Source: an uncultured Acidobacteriota bacterium
Lineage (GTDB): Bacteria; Acidobacteriota; Vicinamibacteria; Vicinamibacterales; UBA2999
Direction of reading: 5' to 3'
Assembly (NCBI GenBank): GCA_963713655.1
Contig: CAVQMT010000047.1
Location: 11,520 to 75,519 of the forward strand
Length of the DNA stretch: 64,000 nt
The notes beneath the pieces were generated by a model, which saw nothing but the letters and a program-made list of their open reading frames with translations, had not been told where the DNA came from and did not search any database. Below are positions 1 to 11,097 of this stretch, in pieces. The translations under genes were made by a program, and so were the position numbers. Position 1 is the first letter of the stretch; every line of letters begins with the position of its first letter.

Positions 1-466
1 GCGTGCCGCAGCAGCCGCTCAACCCGCAGCCGCTCGATGCGCCAGCATGCTGGCCGACGCGCTGCAGTTCGAGCGCGAGCGCTGCTACATGGTGCGCGCG
101 GTGCGCGGCACCGGCGCCGACGTCGTCGAGGGACCGCCGTCGCCGACGGCGTGCGTGAAGCCGGTGGACGTCTTTCCGCCGGCGCCGCCGACGGGCCTGT
201 CGGCGGTGGCCGGCGAAGGCGCGATCAGTCTGATCTGGGAGGCCAGCGCGAGCGACGACGTCGCGCGGCTATCTCGTCTTGCGCGGCGAGGGCGCGATGC
301 CACACTGCTCCCGCTAACGCCGTCGCCCGTCGTCGAGACGCGCTTCGTGGATCGCGCGGTGGTGGCCGGCACGCGATACGTCTACGCAGTGGTGGCCGTC
401 GACGGCCGCATTCCGCTGCCGAACACCAGCGAGCCGTCGGCGCGCGTGGAAGAGACCGCGCGATAA
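1..466 (+). CDS. Fibronectin type III domain protein, C-terminal part (5' truncated by window)
   Basis: ORF 47..466 has FN3-like motifs '[24 protein letters not shown]' and '[12 protein letters not shown]'. Confidence 0.7.
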   Translation, partial: RAAAAAQPAAARCASMLADALQFERERCYMVRAVRGTGADVVEGPPSPTACVKPVDVFPPAPPTGLSAVAGEGAISLIWEASASDDVARLSRLARRGRDATLLPLTPSPVVETRFVDRAVVAGTRYVYAVVAVDGRIPLPNTSEPSARVEETAR

Positions 467-473
467 GACCTGT

Positions 474-501
474 GAGCCTGGAGCCTGGAGCCCGGAGCCT
501 G
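474..501. repeat. Heptamer tandem array (GAGCCYG)x4
   Basis: GAGCCTG GAGCCTG GAGCCCG GAGCCTG read directly. Confidence 0.9.
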
Positions 502-519
502 ACGAGATGGAGTAAACGC

Positions 520-1177
520 ATGAAGCTGTTTGTCGACACCGGCAACCTCAAGGAGATCGAGGCGCTCGCCGAGCTCGGCATCCTGGACGGCGTGACCACC
601 AACCCGTCGCTGATGGCCAAGGAGAGCGGGGACTACCGCGCGCATCCTCAAGCAGATCTGCCAGACGGTGAAGGGCCCGGTCAGCGCCGAGGTGGTGGCC
701 ACCGACGCCGCCGGCATGATTCGCGAAGGGCGCGACCTGGCCGGCATCGACGAGCACATCGTCGTCAAGGTGCCGTTCACCAAGGACGGCGTGAAGGCGT
801 GCAAGACGCTGGCGTCGGAAGGGCATGCGCGTCAACGTGACGCTGATCTTCTCGCCGACGCAGGCCTGGCTCGCGGCCAAGGCCGGCGCCGCCTACGTCA
901 GCCCGTTCGTCGGCCGGCTCGACGACATCGGCACGACCGGCATGAACCTGGTCCGCGAGATCGTCGACATCTTCGACAACTTCGAGTTCGGCACCGAGGT
1001 GCTGGTGGCCAGCGTCCGCAACCCGATTCACATCGTCGAGGCCGCGCGCATGGGCGCCGACGTGGTCACCGTGCCGGCGGCGGTGATCGAGCAGTGCTTC
1101 AAGCACCCGCTGACCGACATCGGCCTGGCGAAGTTCCTCAAGGACTGGGAGAAGGCGCAAGCGCAGCGAAGGTCTGA
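520..1177 (+). CDS. tal: Transaldolase / fructose-6-phosphate aldolase family (frameshifted)
   Basis: [50 protein letters not shown] spread over three frames. Confidence 0.92.
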
Positions 1178-1199
1178 GCCGTCGCCGAGCCTCCACCGC

Positions 1200-2749
1200 A
1201 TGGACGCGCGCACGCGCCTCGAGGACCTGCACCGCCGCGCGGAGCTGGGCGGCGGCGAGGAGCGGCTGCGCCGGCAGCGCGACGGCGGCCGACTGACCGC
1301 GCGCGAGCGCATCGACACGCTGTTCGACCCCGGCACCTTCGAGGAGATCGACAAGTTCGTCACCCACCGCTGCCGCGACTTCGGCATGGCCGATCAGGTC
1401 GTGCCCGGCGACGGCGTCGTGGCCGGCCACGGCCGCGTCAACGGCCGCCTGGTCTTCGCCTTCGCGCAGGACTTCACCGTCTTCGGCGGCTCGCTGTCGG
1501 AGACCAACGCCGCCAAGATCGCCAAGATCATGGACCTGGCGATGAAGATGGGCGCGCCGGTCGTCGGCCTCAACGACTCGGGCGGCGCGCGCATCCAGGA
1601 AGGCGTGCTCTCGCTCGGCGCCTACGCCGACATCTTCCTGCGCAACACGCTCGCCTCGGGCGTCGTCCCGCAGATCTCCGCGATCATGGGCCCGTGCGCC
1701 GGCGGCGCCGTCTACTCGCCGGCGATCACCGACTTCACCATCATGGTGAAGGACACGAGCTACATGTTCGTGACCGGCCCCGACGTCATCAGGGCCGTGA
1801 CGCACGAGCAGGTGACCAAGGAGGAGCTCGGCGGCGCGCTGACGCACAACGAGCGGAGCGGCGTCGCGCACTTCGCCGTGGACAGACGACCGGCGAGTGC
1901 CTGCTGCTCATCCGCGAGCTGCTGACGTTCTGCTGCCGAGCAACAACGTGGACGAGGCGCCGCGCGCGCCGGCCAGCGACCCGCCCGATCGCGCCGACGA
2001 GGTGCTGGACACGCGTGGTGCCGGCGGCGCCGACGCAGCCCTACGACATGCTCGACGTGATCGCACGCCGTGGTCGACGACGGCTACTTCCTCGAGGTGC
2101 ACGCGCCACTTCGCCCGGAACATCCTGGTCGGCTTCGCGCGGCTCGGCGGCCGCACCGGTCGGCATCGTCGCCAACCAGCCGGCGCACCTGGCGGGCGTG
2201 CTCGACATCGACGCGTCGGTGAAGGGCGCGCGCTTCGTGCGCTTCTGCGACGCGTTCAACATCCCGCTGGTCACGTTCGAGGACGTGCCCGGGTTCCTGC
2301 CCGGCACGGTGCAGGAGTACGGCGGCATCATCCGCCACGGCGCGAAGCTGCTCTTCGCGTTTGCCGAGGCCACGGTGCCGAAGGTCACCGTGATCACGCG
2401 CAAGGCCTACGGCGGCGCCTACTGCGTGATGTCGAGCAAGCACCTGCGCACCGACGTGAACTACGCGTGGCCGACGGCGGAGATCGCCGTGATGGGCGCC
2501 GAGGGCGCGGTCAACATCCTCTACAAGCGCGAGCTCGACGCGGCCGCCGACGTCGCCGCGGCGCGCGCCGAGAAGATCACCGAGTACCGCGAGAAGTTCG
2601 CCAACCCCTACGTCGCCGCCGAGCGCGGGTTCGTGGACGAGGTGATCCAGCCGCGGCAGACACGCGCGAAGCTGATCACGGCGCTGGCGGCGCTGGACAC
2701 CAAGCGCGACAAGAACCCGCCGAAGAAGCACGGCAACATTCCGCTGTAG
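1200..2749 (+). CDS. pccB: Acyl-CoA (propionyl-CoA type) carboxylase carboxyltransferase subunit (frameshifted)
   Basis: [39 protein letters not shown]-terminal KKHGNIPL. Confidence 0.93.
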
Positions 2750-2753
2750 CGAA

Positions 2754-2774
2754 ATTCACAATTCACAATTCACA
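2754..2774. repeat. Heptamer tandem array (ATTCACA)x3
   Basis: Perfect AT-rich triple repeat just after the pccB stop. Confidence 0.9.
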
Positions 2775-2784
2775 AACTCCTGAC

Positions 2785-3279
2785 GTGGCGCGATTGCCGG
2801 TCATCGTTGTCCTCGACAACATCCGCAGCCTCTACAACACGGGCGCGTTCTTTCGTACCGCTGATGCGTGCGCGGTCGAGAAGCTGGTGCTGTGCGGCAT
2901 CACGCCGCGTCCCGATCAGGGACGGCGGCAGCAGAAAAGCATCGCCAAGACCGCGCTCGGCGCCGAGACGGCCGTGCCATGGGAACACGAGGCCGAGACC
3001 GCGGTCGCCGTGGCCAACGCCGCCGCGGCCGGCTATCACGTCGCGGCGATCGAGACGTCGCCGGAGGCGGTGGACCTGTATAGTTGGGACCCGCCGTGGC
3101 CGGTGTGTCTGGTGTTCGGCCACGAAACCGTCGGCGTCGAACCCGCGGTGGCGCGCCGCATCGACACCCACGTGCGGATTCCGATGCTCGGGGTCAAGCG
3201 ATCGCTCAACGTGGCCACCGCGGCTGGCGTCGTCCTCTACGAGTTGCTGCGCCGCCGCCTGGTGCACGAGGGGGCCTGA
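2785..3279 (+). CDS. TrmH/SpoU family RNA methyltransferase
   Basis: VVLDNIRSLYNTGAFFRTADA, LVFGHETVGV, RIPMLGVKRSLNVA. Confidence 0.92.
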   Translation: MARLPVIVVLDNIRSLYNTGAFFRTADACAVEKLVLCGITPRPDQGRRQQKSIAKTALGAETAVPWEHEAETAVAVANAAAAGYHVAAIETSPEAVDLYSWDPPWPVCLVFGHETVGVEPAVARRIDTHVRIPMLGVKRSLNVATAAGVVLYELLRRRLVHEGA

Positions 3280-3282
3280 ACC

Positions 3283-4812
3283 ATGCGCAACGCTTTACGT
3301 TCCGTCGCCATCGTGTCGGCGCTGTGGCTGACGCTACCAGCACTCGCCGCGGCACAAGCCAACCCGGCCTCGCGCGCGGCCAGGAGCTGGCGGCAGCAGC
3401 ACGAACGCGCGATCGTCGACGAGTTCGTCGGCCTGCTGGCCATCCCGAACATCGCCAGCGATCGCGACAACATCCTCAGGAACGCCCAGGCCATCGCCGC
3501 GATGATGGAGCGTCGAGGGATTCCGGCCCGGCTGGTGTCGGTGCCGGGCGGCAATCCCGTGGTCTTCGGCGAGATTCGCACGCCGGGCGCCACGCGCACG
3601 ATCGCGTTCTACGCGCACTACGACGGCCAGCCGCTCGATCCGCGGGAATGGACGTCGCCGCCGTTCGAGCCGACGCTGCGGGACAAACGCGTCGAGGACG
3701 GCGGGCGCACGGTGGCGCTGCCGCCAGCCGGTGTCGCGTTCGATCCGGAATCGCGCCTCTACGCCCGCGGCGCCGCCGACGACAAGGCGCCGATCATCGC
3801 GCTGCTGACCGCGGTGGATGCGATTCGCGCCGCGGGCATCGCCCACCGATCGAACATCAAGCTCGTGTTCGAAGGCGAGGAAGAGGCCGGCTCGGCCAAC
3901 CTCGAACAGACGCTGGCGCAGAACAAGGCGCTGTTTGCCGCCGACGTCTGGCTGATGTGCGACGCTCCGCTCTACCAGACGCGGCAGCAGTCGATCGTCT
4001 TCGGCGCACGTGGCGTGACGCAGGTGGACGTCACGGTCTATGGCCCGCGCACGGAGCTCCACAGCGGCCACTACGGCAACTGGGCGCCCAATCCGGCGCT
4101 GTCGCTGGCGCGCCTGCTGGCGTCGATGAAGGACGACAACGGGCGTGTGCTGGTGGACGGTTTCTACGACGAGGTCGAGCCGCTGGGCGAGCTGGAGCGG
4201 CGCGCCCTGGCCGAGGCGCCGTTGATCGAAGCGGAGCTGAAGAGCCAGTTCTGGCTCGGCTCGACCGACGGCGGCCCCATGACCTTGAACGAGCTCATCA
4301 CGCTGCCGTCGCTCAACGTGCGCGGCATGGCCAGCTCGCGCGTCGGCGCGCAGGCGTCGAACGTGATTCCGGCGACCGCGACGGCGACGCTCGACGTGCG
4401 ACTGGTAAAGGGGATGGACGGACCTCGCACCGGGCGGCTGATCGCCGACCACGTGCGCAAGCAGGGCTTCTTCGTCGTCGATCGGGAACCGACGGCCGAC
4501 GAGCGGCGCGCCCACCCCAGGGTGGCGCGGGTGGCCGTGAACCGGACCCAGGCGGGATCCCGCACGCCGATGGATCTGCCGATCTCGCGCGAGGTGATCC
4601 GGACGGTCGAAAGCGTGCGCGGGCCCGCGGTCAAGCTGCCGACGATGGGCGGCGGTCTCCCGCTGGAGGCGATCGAGCGGCCGCTCGGCGCGCCGACGAT
4701 CATCATTCCGATCGGCAACCACGACAACAACCAGCACAGCTTCGACGAGAACCTGCGGATTCAGAACCTCTGGGACGGCATCGAGCTGATGGCCGCATTG
4801 CTGACGATGTGA
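3283..4812 (+). CDS. Secreted M20/M25/M40 family metallopeptidase
   Basis: Intact 509 aa ORF with signal peptide; YAHYDGQP, RGAADDK, EGEEEAGS, NQHSFDEN. Confidence 0.92.
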   Translation: MRNALRSVAIVSALWLTLPALAAAQANPASRAARSWRQQHERAIVDEFVGLLAIPNIASDRDNILRNAQAIAAMMERRGIPARLVSVPGGNPVVFGEIRTPGATRTIAFYAHYDGQPLDPREWTSPPFEPTLRDKRVEDGGRTVALPPAGVAFDPESRLYARGAADDKAPIIALLTAVDAIRAAGIAHRSNIKLVFEGEEEAGSANLEQTLAQNKALFAADVWLMCDAPLYQTRQQSIVFGARGVTQVDVTVYGPRTELHSGHYGNWAPNPALSLARLLASMKDDNGRVLVDGFYDEVEPLGELERRALAEAPLIEAELKSQFWLGSTDGGPMTLNELITLPSLNVRGMASSRVGAQASNVIPATATATLDVRLVKGMDGPRTGRLIADHVRKQGFFVVDREPTADERRAHPRVARVAVNRTQAGSRTPMDLPISREVIRTVESVRGPAVKLPTMGGGLPLEAIERPLGAPTIIIPIGNHDNNQHSFDENLRIQNLWDGIELMAALLTM

Positions 4813-4937
4813 TGCGTTGTATCGAGGACCTGGAGCCGGTGGCGCCGTAGCCGCAGGCGCCTGCGAATCCGTGCCGGCGGGCCTGAGCCGTGTCGCCGGT
4901 GAGCCTGGAGCCCGTTAAGTGTTAGAATCCTTTAGCC

Positions 4938-6446
4938 TTGCACAAGATCTTGATCGCCAACCGGGGCGAGATCGCGGTGCGGATCATCCGCGCCTGCCGC
5001 GACATGAACATCGCCTCGGTTGCGGTCTACTCCGACTGCGACCGCGCCGCCCAGCACGTCCGCATGGCCGATGAGGCGGTGGCGATCGGAGCCAGCCCGC
5101 CTGCCGACAGCTATCTCCGCATCGACGCCATCGTGGCCGCGGCGCGCGCCGTCCGGCGCCGACGCGGTCCACCCCGGCTACGGGTTCCTGGCCGAGAACG
5201 CCGCGCTGGCGCAGGCGTGTGCGGATGCGGGGCTGACCTTCATCGGCCCGCGGCCCGAGGTGATCGCGCGGATGGGCAGCAAGACCGAAGCCCGCCGCGC
5301 CGCCCGGGCCGCCGGGCTGCCGCTGGTGCCCGGCACGCTCGACGCGCTGGGCGCCGAGCACTGCCGGACGACGAGCTGCTGCGTCTCGCCGGCTGAGATC
5401 GGCTACCCGGTGATGGTCAAGGCGGTCGCCGGCGGGGGCGGCAAGGGCATGCGGCTCGCGCACACGCCCGAGGCACTGCTCGATGCGGTGCGTGCGTCGC
5501 GTTCGGAGGCCGTCTCGGCCTTTGGCGACGGCGATGTCTACTTCGAGCGCTGGCTGCGCCGGCCGCGGCACGTGGAAGTGCAGGTGCTCGGCGACCAGCA
5601 CGGCACCGTGCTGCCGTGCGTGGAGCGGGAATGCTCGGTCCAGCGCCGCCACCAGAAGCTGGTCGAAGAGACGCCGTCGCCGGCCGTGTCGCCGGCGCTG
5701 CGCGCCGAGATCACGCGCGCGGCCGCCGCGCTGGCGGCGTCGGTGGGCTACACCAACGCCGGCACCGTGGAATTCCTGCTCGACGAGGACGGGCGTTTCT
5801 ACTTCCTCGAGATGAACACCCGGCTCCAGGTGGAGCATCCGATCACGGAGATGGTGACGGGGATCGATCTGGTGCAGTGGCAGATTCGGCTGGCCCGAGG
5901 CGAGCGGCTGACGCTCGACCCCGACGCGCTGCTGCGGCCCGCGCGGGCACGCAATCGAGTGCCGCGTGCTCGCGGAGGACCCGGACGCGGGGTTCCTGCC
6001 GTCGCCGGGCCGGATCGACGCTCTTCGAGGTCCCGCACGGGCCGGGCATACGCGACGACAGCGGCGTGGAGGCCGGAGCCGAGATCCCGATCTACTACGA
6101 CCCGCTGATTTCCAAGCTGATCGCCTGGGGCGCGGATCGGGACGAGGCGCTGGCCCGGATGCGACGGGCGCTGCGGGAGTACACCGTCGTCGGCGTGCGG
6201 ACCACCGTGCCGTTTTTCCGCTGGTTTCTGGCCCAACCGGCGTTTGTCGCGGGCGACGTGCACACCGGCCAATTGGACGAGCTCTTGCAGCAACGGAACG
6301 GGGAGCCCTTCGCGACGCACGATTCGTCCTTCGCGGAGGTCGGTCTGGTGGCCGCGGCTCTGGGCGTGGCGATGCGCGCGCACAGCGCCGGCGCCGCCGC
6401 CGTCGGCCTGGGCCAGCCTGGGACGCCGCGAGGGCCTCGGGGGTGA
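4938..6446 (+). CDS. accC: Biotin carboxylase subunit (frameshifted)
   Basis: [62 protein letters not shown]. Confidence 0.93.
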
Positions 6447-6979
6447 GGTTTCGATTCGAGGTCGACGGCCGCCTGCACGCCGTCGACGTCGAGCGGACCG
6501 GGGGGCCGTGGCTGGTGTCGCTCGGCGGGCGCCGCTGGCGGGCGCAGATGCACCCGCAGCGGGCAGGGCTGGTCGCTGCTGCTCTCGTCCGCCGGCGACC
6601 GATGACGCCGGCCCGGCGGTGGCCCGCAGCTTCGACGTCCGCCTGGGCTGGCCGGAGTCGGACCGCGCCGATGTGATCGTGGACGGCGTGCCCATCGCGG
6701 TGACGGTTGCGCAGGTGCTGGCGGCGCGGCGGCGGCGGCGGGGCAGCGCGTCGGCGTGCCGGGGACGGGGCGCTGCGGGCGCCGATGGCCGGCCGGGTGG
6801 TGCGGGTGCTGGTGGCCCAGGGGCAGCCGGTCGCGGCGCGCCAGGGCGTGGTCGTCGTCGAGGCGATGAAGATGGAGAACGAGTTGCGCGCGCCCTATGC
6901 CGGTGTGGTGAAGGCGGTGCACGTGGGCGCCGGCGCGTCGGTGGACGCGGGCCAGGTGCTGGTGGAGCTTGATTCGTAA
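6443..6979 (+). CDS. accB: Biotin carboxyl carrier protein (frameshifted)
   Basis: APMAGRVVRV..EAMKMENE biotinylation motif; GTGA overlap with accC stop. Confidence 0.88.
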
Positions 6980-9900
6980 GAAGCTGTCGTCGCTCGTCGC
7001 TCACCCCGTGACACAGGGGACGCGGCGCTTCACGCGCCGCGTGGTGGCGACGTGTGCCGTCATTCTGGCCGCGGCGCTCGCCACCACCGTCACCGTCGAT
7101 CTGGGGCCCGCGCTGCGCGGCCAGGCCGAGCGGCAGGGGACGCGCTTCCTCAAGCGCGACCTCCACATCGGCCGGCTCGGCGTCTATCTCTGGGGCGGGC
7201 AGTTCCAGATCGACGATCTCGTGATCGACGGGCATCACGCCGCAGTCGCCGCCGTTCCTCACCGTCAAGCGCCTGCGGCTGGGCATGCCCTGGAGCACGC
7301 TCTTCAGCCGCCGCATCGTCTTCGATTCGATTGAACTCGACGGCTGGAACATGGTGGTCGAGATGCTGCCCGACGGCACGCACAGCTTCATCAAGCTGCC
7401 GGAGCGCGAACGGCCCGCGCAGCGCATGGACGACGACGCTGCAGTACGTGCGCGCGCGCAACGGCGAGACCACCTACCGGGATTACGGCACGCCGTGGAG
7501 CGTGGTGACGCGCAATCTCGACGTCTCAGTCGCGCGGACCGACAACCGTTACGTGGGCCGCGCCTCGTTCAGGGGCGGCACCGTGGCAATCCAGTCCTAT
7601 CTGCCGTTCGACCTGGACATGGCGTCGCGCTTCACCATCGAAGACGGGCGGCTGCTCTTCGACCGCATCGACCTGCGCACCGAGGGCACGACGACCAGGC
7701 TGCGTCGGCGACGCCAGCCTGGCGCACTGGCCCGAGCAGATGTACCGGATGCAGTCCACGGTGGACTTTCCGTGGATGCGGAAGATCTTCTTCGCCAACG
7801 AATCGTTCGAGCTGTCGGGGAAGGGCGAGTTCCTCGGCACGTTCCACTTGTTTCGCGATCGCGCGCCCGACGGCCGCAGCCGCATCGGCCGCGAGCTGAA
7901 GGGCACGTTCACGAGCCCGGTCGCCGGCCTGAACACGCTGCGCTTCGGCGACTTGAAGGGCGCGGTGAAGTGGGTGCCGGAGTCGGTGCAGGTCTCCGAC
8001 ACCACGATGTCGTTCTACGGCGGCACGATGAAGCTGGGCTACGGCATGGGCCCGTTCGGCGTAGCCGGGCGCGCAGGCCATCTACTCGCTGCAGGCCGAC
8101 TACGAGGACGTGGACCTGCAGAGGTTCACCGAACTACCTCGAGACCCAGGGGCTGCGCCTGGCGGGCCGGGCCTCGGGACGCACCGTGCTGGACTGGCCG
8201 CGCGGCCGCTTTGCCGATCGCGTCGGCGAGGGGCGATTGCGGGTGACGGCCCCGGGAACGGCGGCCGTGATGACCCGGCGAGCGATCGCTCGCGGCCGCC
8301 GCGGCGGGACGGCCGCAGCCGGTGCCGGGAGAGCCGTTCAGCAACCACACGCCGCGTGAGCCGGTGCCCGTCGCCGGCGAGATCAACTACACCATCGAGC
8401 CGGCGTGGCTGAACCTGGGTCCCAGCCACGTCGCCACGCCCGATACCTACGTCGCCTTCGAGGGCCGCACGGCGTACGGCGACGCGTCGCGCATCCAGTT
8501 CAACGTCAGGAGCGCCGACTGGCAGGAAAGCGACCGGCTGCTGGCCGGCATCATGACCGCGTTCGGCGCCCGCACGGCGGCGATTCCGATCGGCGGCTAC
8601 GGCACCTTCGACGGCGTGATGCTCAACGAGTTCCGGCGCCCGCGCATCGAGGGCACGTTCGCCGGCGAGCAGATGCGCGCCTGGGACGTGGACTGGGGCT
8701 CGGCCACCGGCAGTGCCGTGATCGAGAACAGCTACGTCGACGTGAAGGACGCCCTGATCACGCGCGACCAGTCGGCCTTGTACGTCGACGGCCGCTTCTC
8801 CGCCGGGTTCCCGCGCCGCGACGGCGGCGAGGAGCTGAACGCGCGCATCCGCGTGATCAACCGCCCGGTGTCGGACCTGCGCCACGCGTTCGGCATCGAC
8901 GACTACGACGTGGACGGCATCCTGTCGGGCGAGTTCCACGTCTACGGCCCGTACCAACGGCCGCAGGGCTTCGGCAACGTCTCGCTGACCGATGGCGTCG
9001 CCTACGGCGAGTCGTTCGACACGGCGCTGGCGGCGGTGCGCTTCGAGGGCGAAGGCGTGCGGCTCGACAACATCCAGCTGACCAAGAACGGCGGGCGCGG
9101 CACCGGCGCCGCGTTCGTCGGCTGGACATCGGGCAGCTACTCGTTCAACCTCGATGCGCCGCAACATCCCGATCGAAAGCCTGTCGCTCGCGCGCAACAA
9201 CTGGTTCCCGCTTTCGGGCCTGCTCGACTTCTCGGCCGGCGGCAGCGGCTCGTTCGACGACCCGCGCTACGTGCTCAAGGGCACGGTCCGGGACCTGTTC
9301 GCGGGCGACGAAGGCATCGGCCAGGTGGGCGGCGGAGATCGGCGTCATCGACGAACGTGGTGACGCTGAAGCTGGAGGCCGCCTCGTCGCGTCTCGCCGT
9401 TTCGGGCACCGGCCGCATCGCGCTGACGCCCGGCCGCGACGCCGACATCATCTTCCGCGTCACCGACACCTCGCTTGGACCCGTACGTCCGCGCGCTCGA
9501 GCCGCGGCTGTCGCCCTTCACCACCGCGGTGGCCAGCGGCACCATCCGCGTCGTCGGTCCGCTGGCCGACATGGATCGGCTGGCGATCGAGGCCACCGTC
9601 GAGGCGCTGGACATGCGGCTCTTCGACTACCGCCTGCGCAACGCGGCGCCGCTTCGGTTTGCGCTCGGCGGCAACACGCTGCGGCTGGCGGACGTGCGGC
9701 TGGCGGGGGAGGACACGGCGCTCGAGCTGACGGGCTCCGCCAACTTGCGCGACGAGCGGATGGCGGTGCAGGTGAAGGGCGACGCCAACCTCGGCATCCT
9801 GCAGGGCTTCGTCTCGAACATCCGAGCTCGGGCCGCGCCTCGCTGGAGGCGACGCTCGAGGGCAGCATCCGCGAGCCGCTGCTCACCGGCACGATGACGG

Positions 9901-11097
9901 CGCAGGGGGGCCGCATCCGGCACTTCGGCCTGCCGCACGCGCTCGAGAACATCCTCGGTCCGATCCGGTTCGACTCGCGCACCATCCGCCTCGACGAGCT
10001 CAGCGCGCGCCTCGGCGGCGGGCCGGTGCAATTCAGCGGCACCATCGGCATCGAGGGCTACCGCCTGGGGCAGATCGACGTCGCCATGAAGGGCGAGCAG
10101 ATGCGCCTGCGGTTCCCGGAAGGCATGCGGTCGGTGGTCGATGCGTCGCTCACCCTGCGCGGCACCACGTGCCGGGGCGACGCTGAGCGGGCAGGTGGAC
10201 GTGCGCGATGCCGTCTACGCCGCGCCCTTCAACGCCGGCAGCGGCATCCTCGATTTCGCCGGCACCGCCGCAACCGCCGCGGCCGCCGGGGGCGATTCCG
10301 CCGACCGCGCTGCCGCTGCGCTACGACATCCAGATCGACGCGCCGTCCACGCTGCAGGTGCGCAACAACAGCATCCGGTTGACGGCGCGCGCCGACCTGC
10401 AGCTGCGCGGCACCTACGATCGGCCGCTCCTGGTGGGGCGCGCCGACGTCGAGCGCGGCGAGGTCGCGTTCGAGGGACGCCGCTACCTGGTCACCCGCGG
10501 CTCGATCGACCTCAGCAACCCGACGCGGATCGAGCCGTTCATCGATCTCGAAACCGAAACCCGCGTCCGCGTGCCCGGGCGATACCTACCGCGTCACGCT
10601 GCAAGCGTCCGGCACCATCGATCGCCTGAACCTGGAGTTCACGTCCGACCCCTGGCTGCCGCAGGTCGAGATCCTGGCGCTGCTGTTCAGCGACGTCGCG
10701 CCGGGGCGCAACATCGAGTTCCGGCAGTACAACACCGACATCACGCCGCAGCAGCAGCTGCTGCGCGAGCGCGCCACGCGCGCCCTGACCGAGCGCCGTC
10801 TCATCGGAGGTCGAGCGGGTGGTGTCGCAGACCTTCGGCGTGGATACCTTCCAGCTGACGCCGTCGCTCGCCGATCCCAACCAGCAGTCGTCCCGGCTGG
10901 ATCCGGCGGCGCGCGTCACGATCGGCAAGCGGATCTCGGACCGGGTCTACCTGACCTACTCGCGCAGCATGTCGTCCTCGACGCACAATCAGATCATCCT
11001 GCTCGAATACGATCAGACCGATCGGTTCTCGTGGATCCTGTCGCGCAACGAGGACCGGACCTACGCGCTCGACGTGCGCGTGAGAACGACCTTCTGA
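6969..11097 (+). CDS. tamB: TamB/AsmA-like translocation and assembly module protein (multiple frameshifts)
   Basis: N-terminal anchor, long beta-rich repeats, DUF490-like C-terminus (ADLQLRGTYDRP, RVTIGKRISDRVYLTY); upstream of an Omp85 gene. Confidence 0.85.

Noticed and set aside
825-3279. Apparent fusions in the ORF track (transaldolase-PccB, PccB-TrmH), and likewise PH-ABC at 48991-50499
   Set aside because: Each partner has its own start or stop in a neighbouring frame; the read-through arises from indels.
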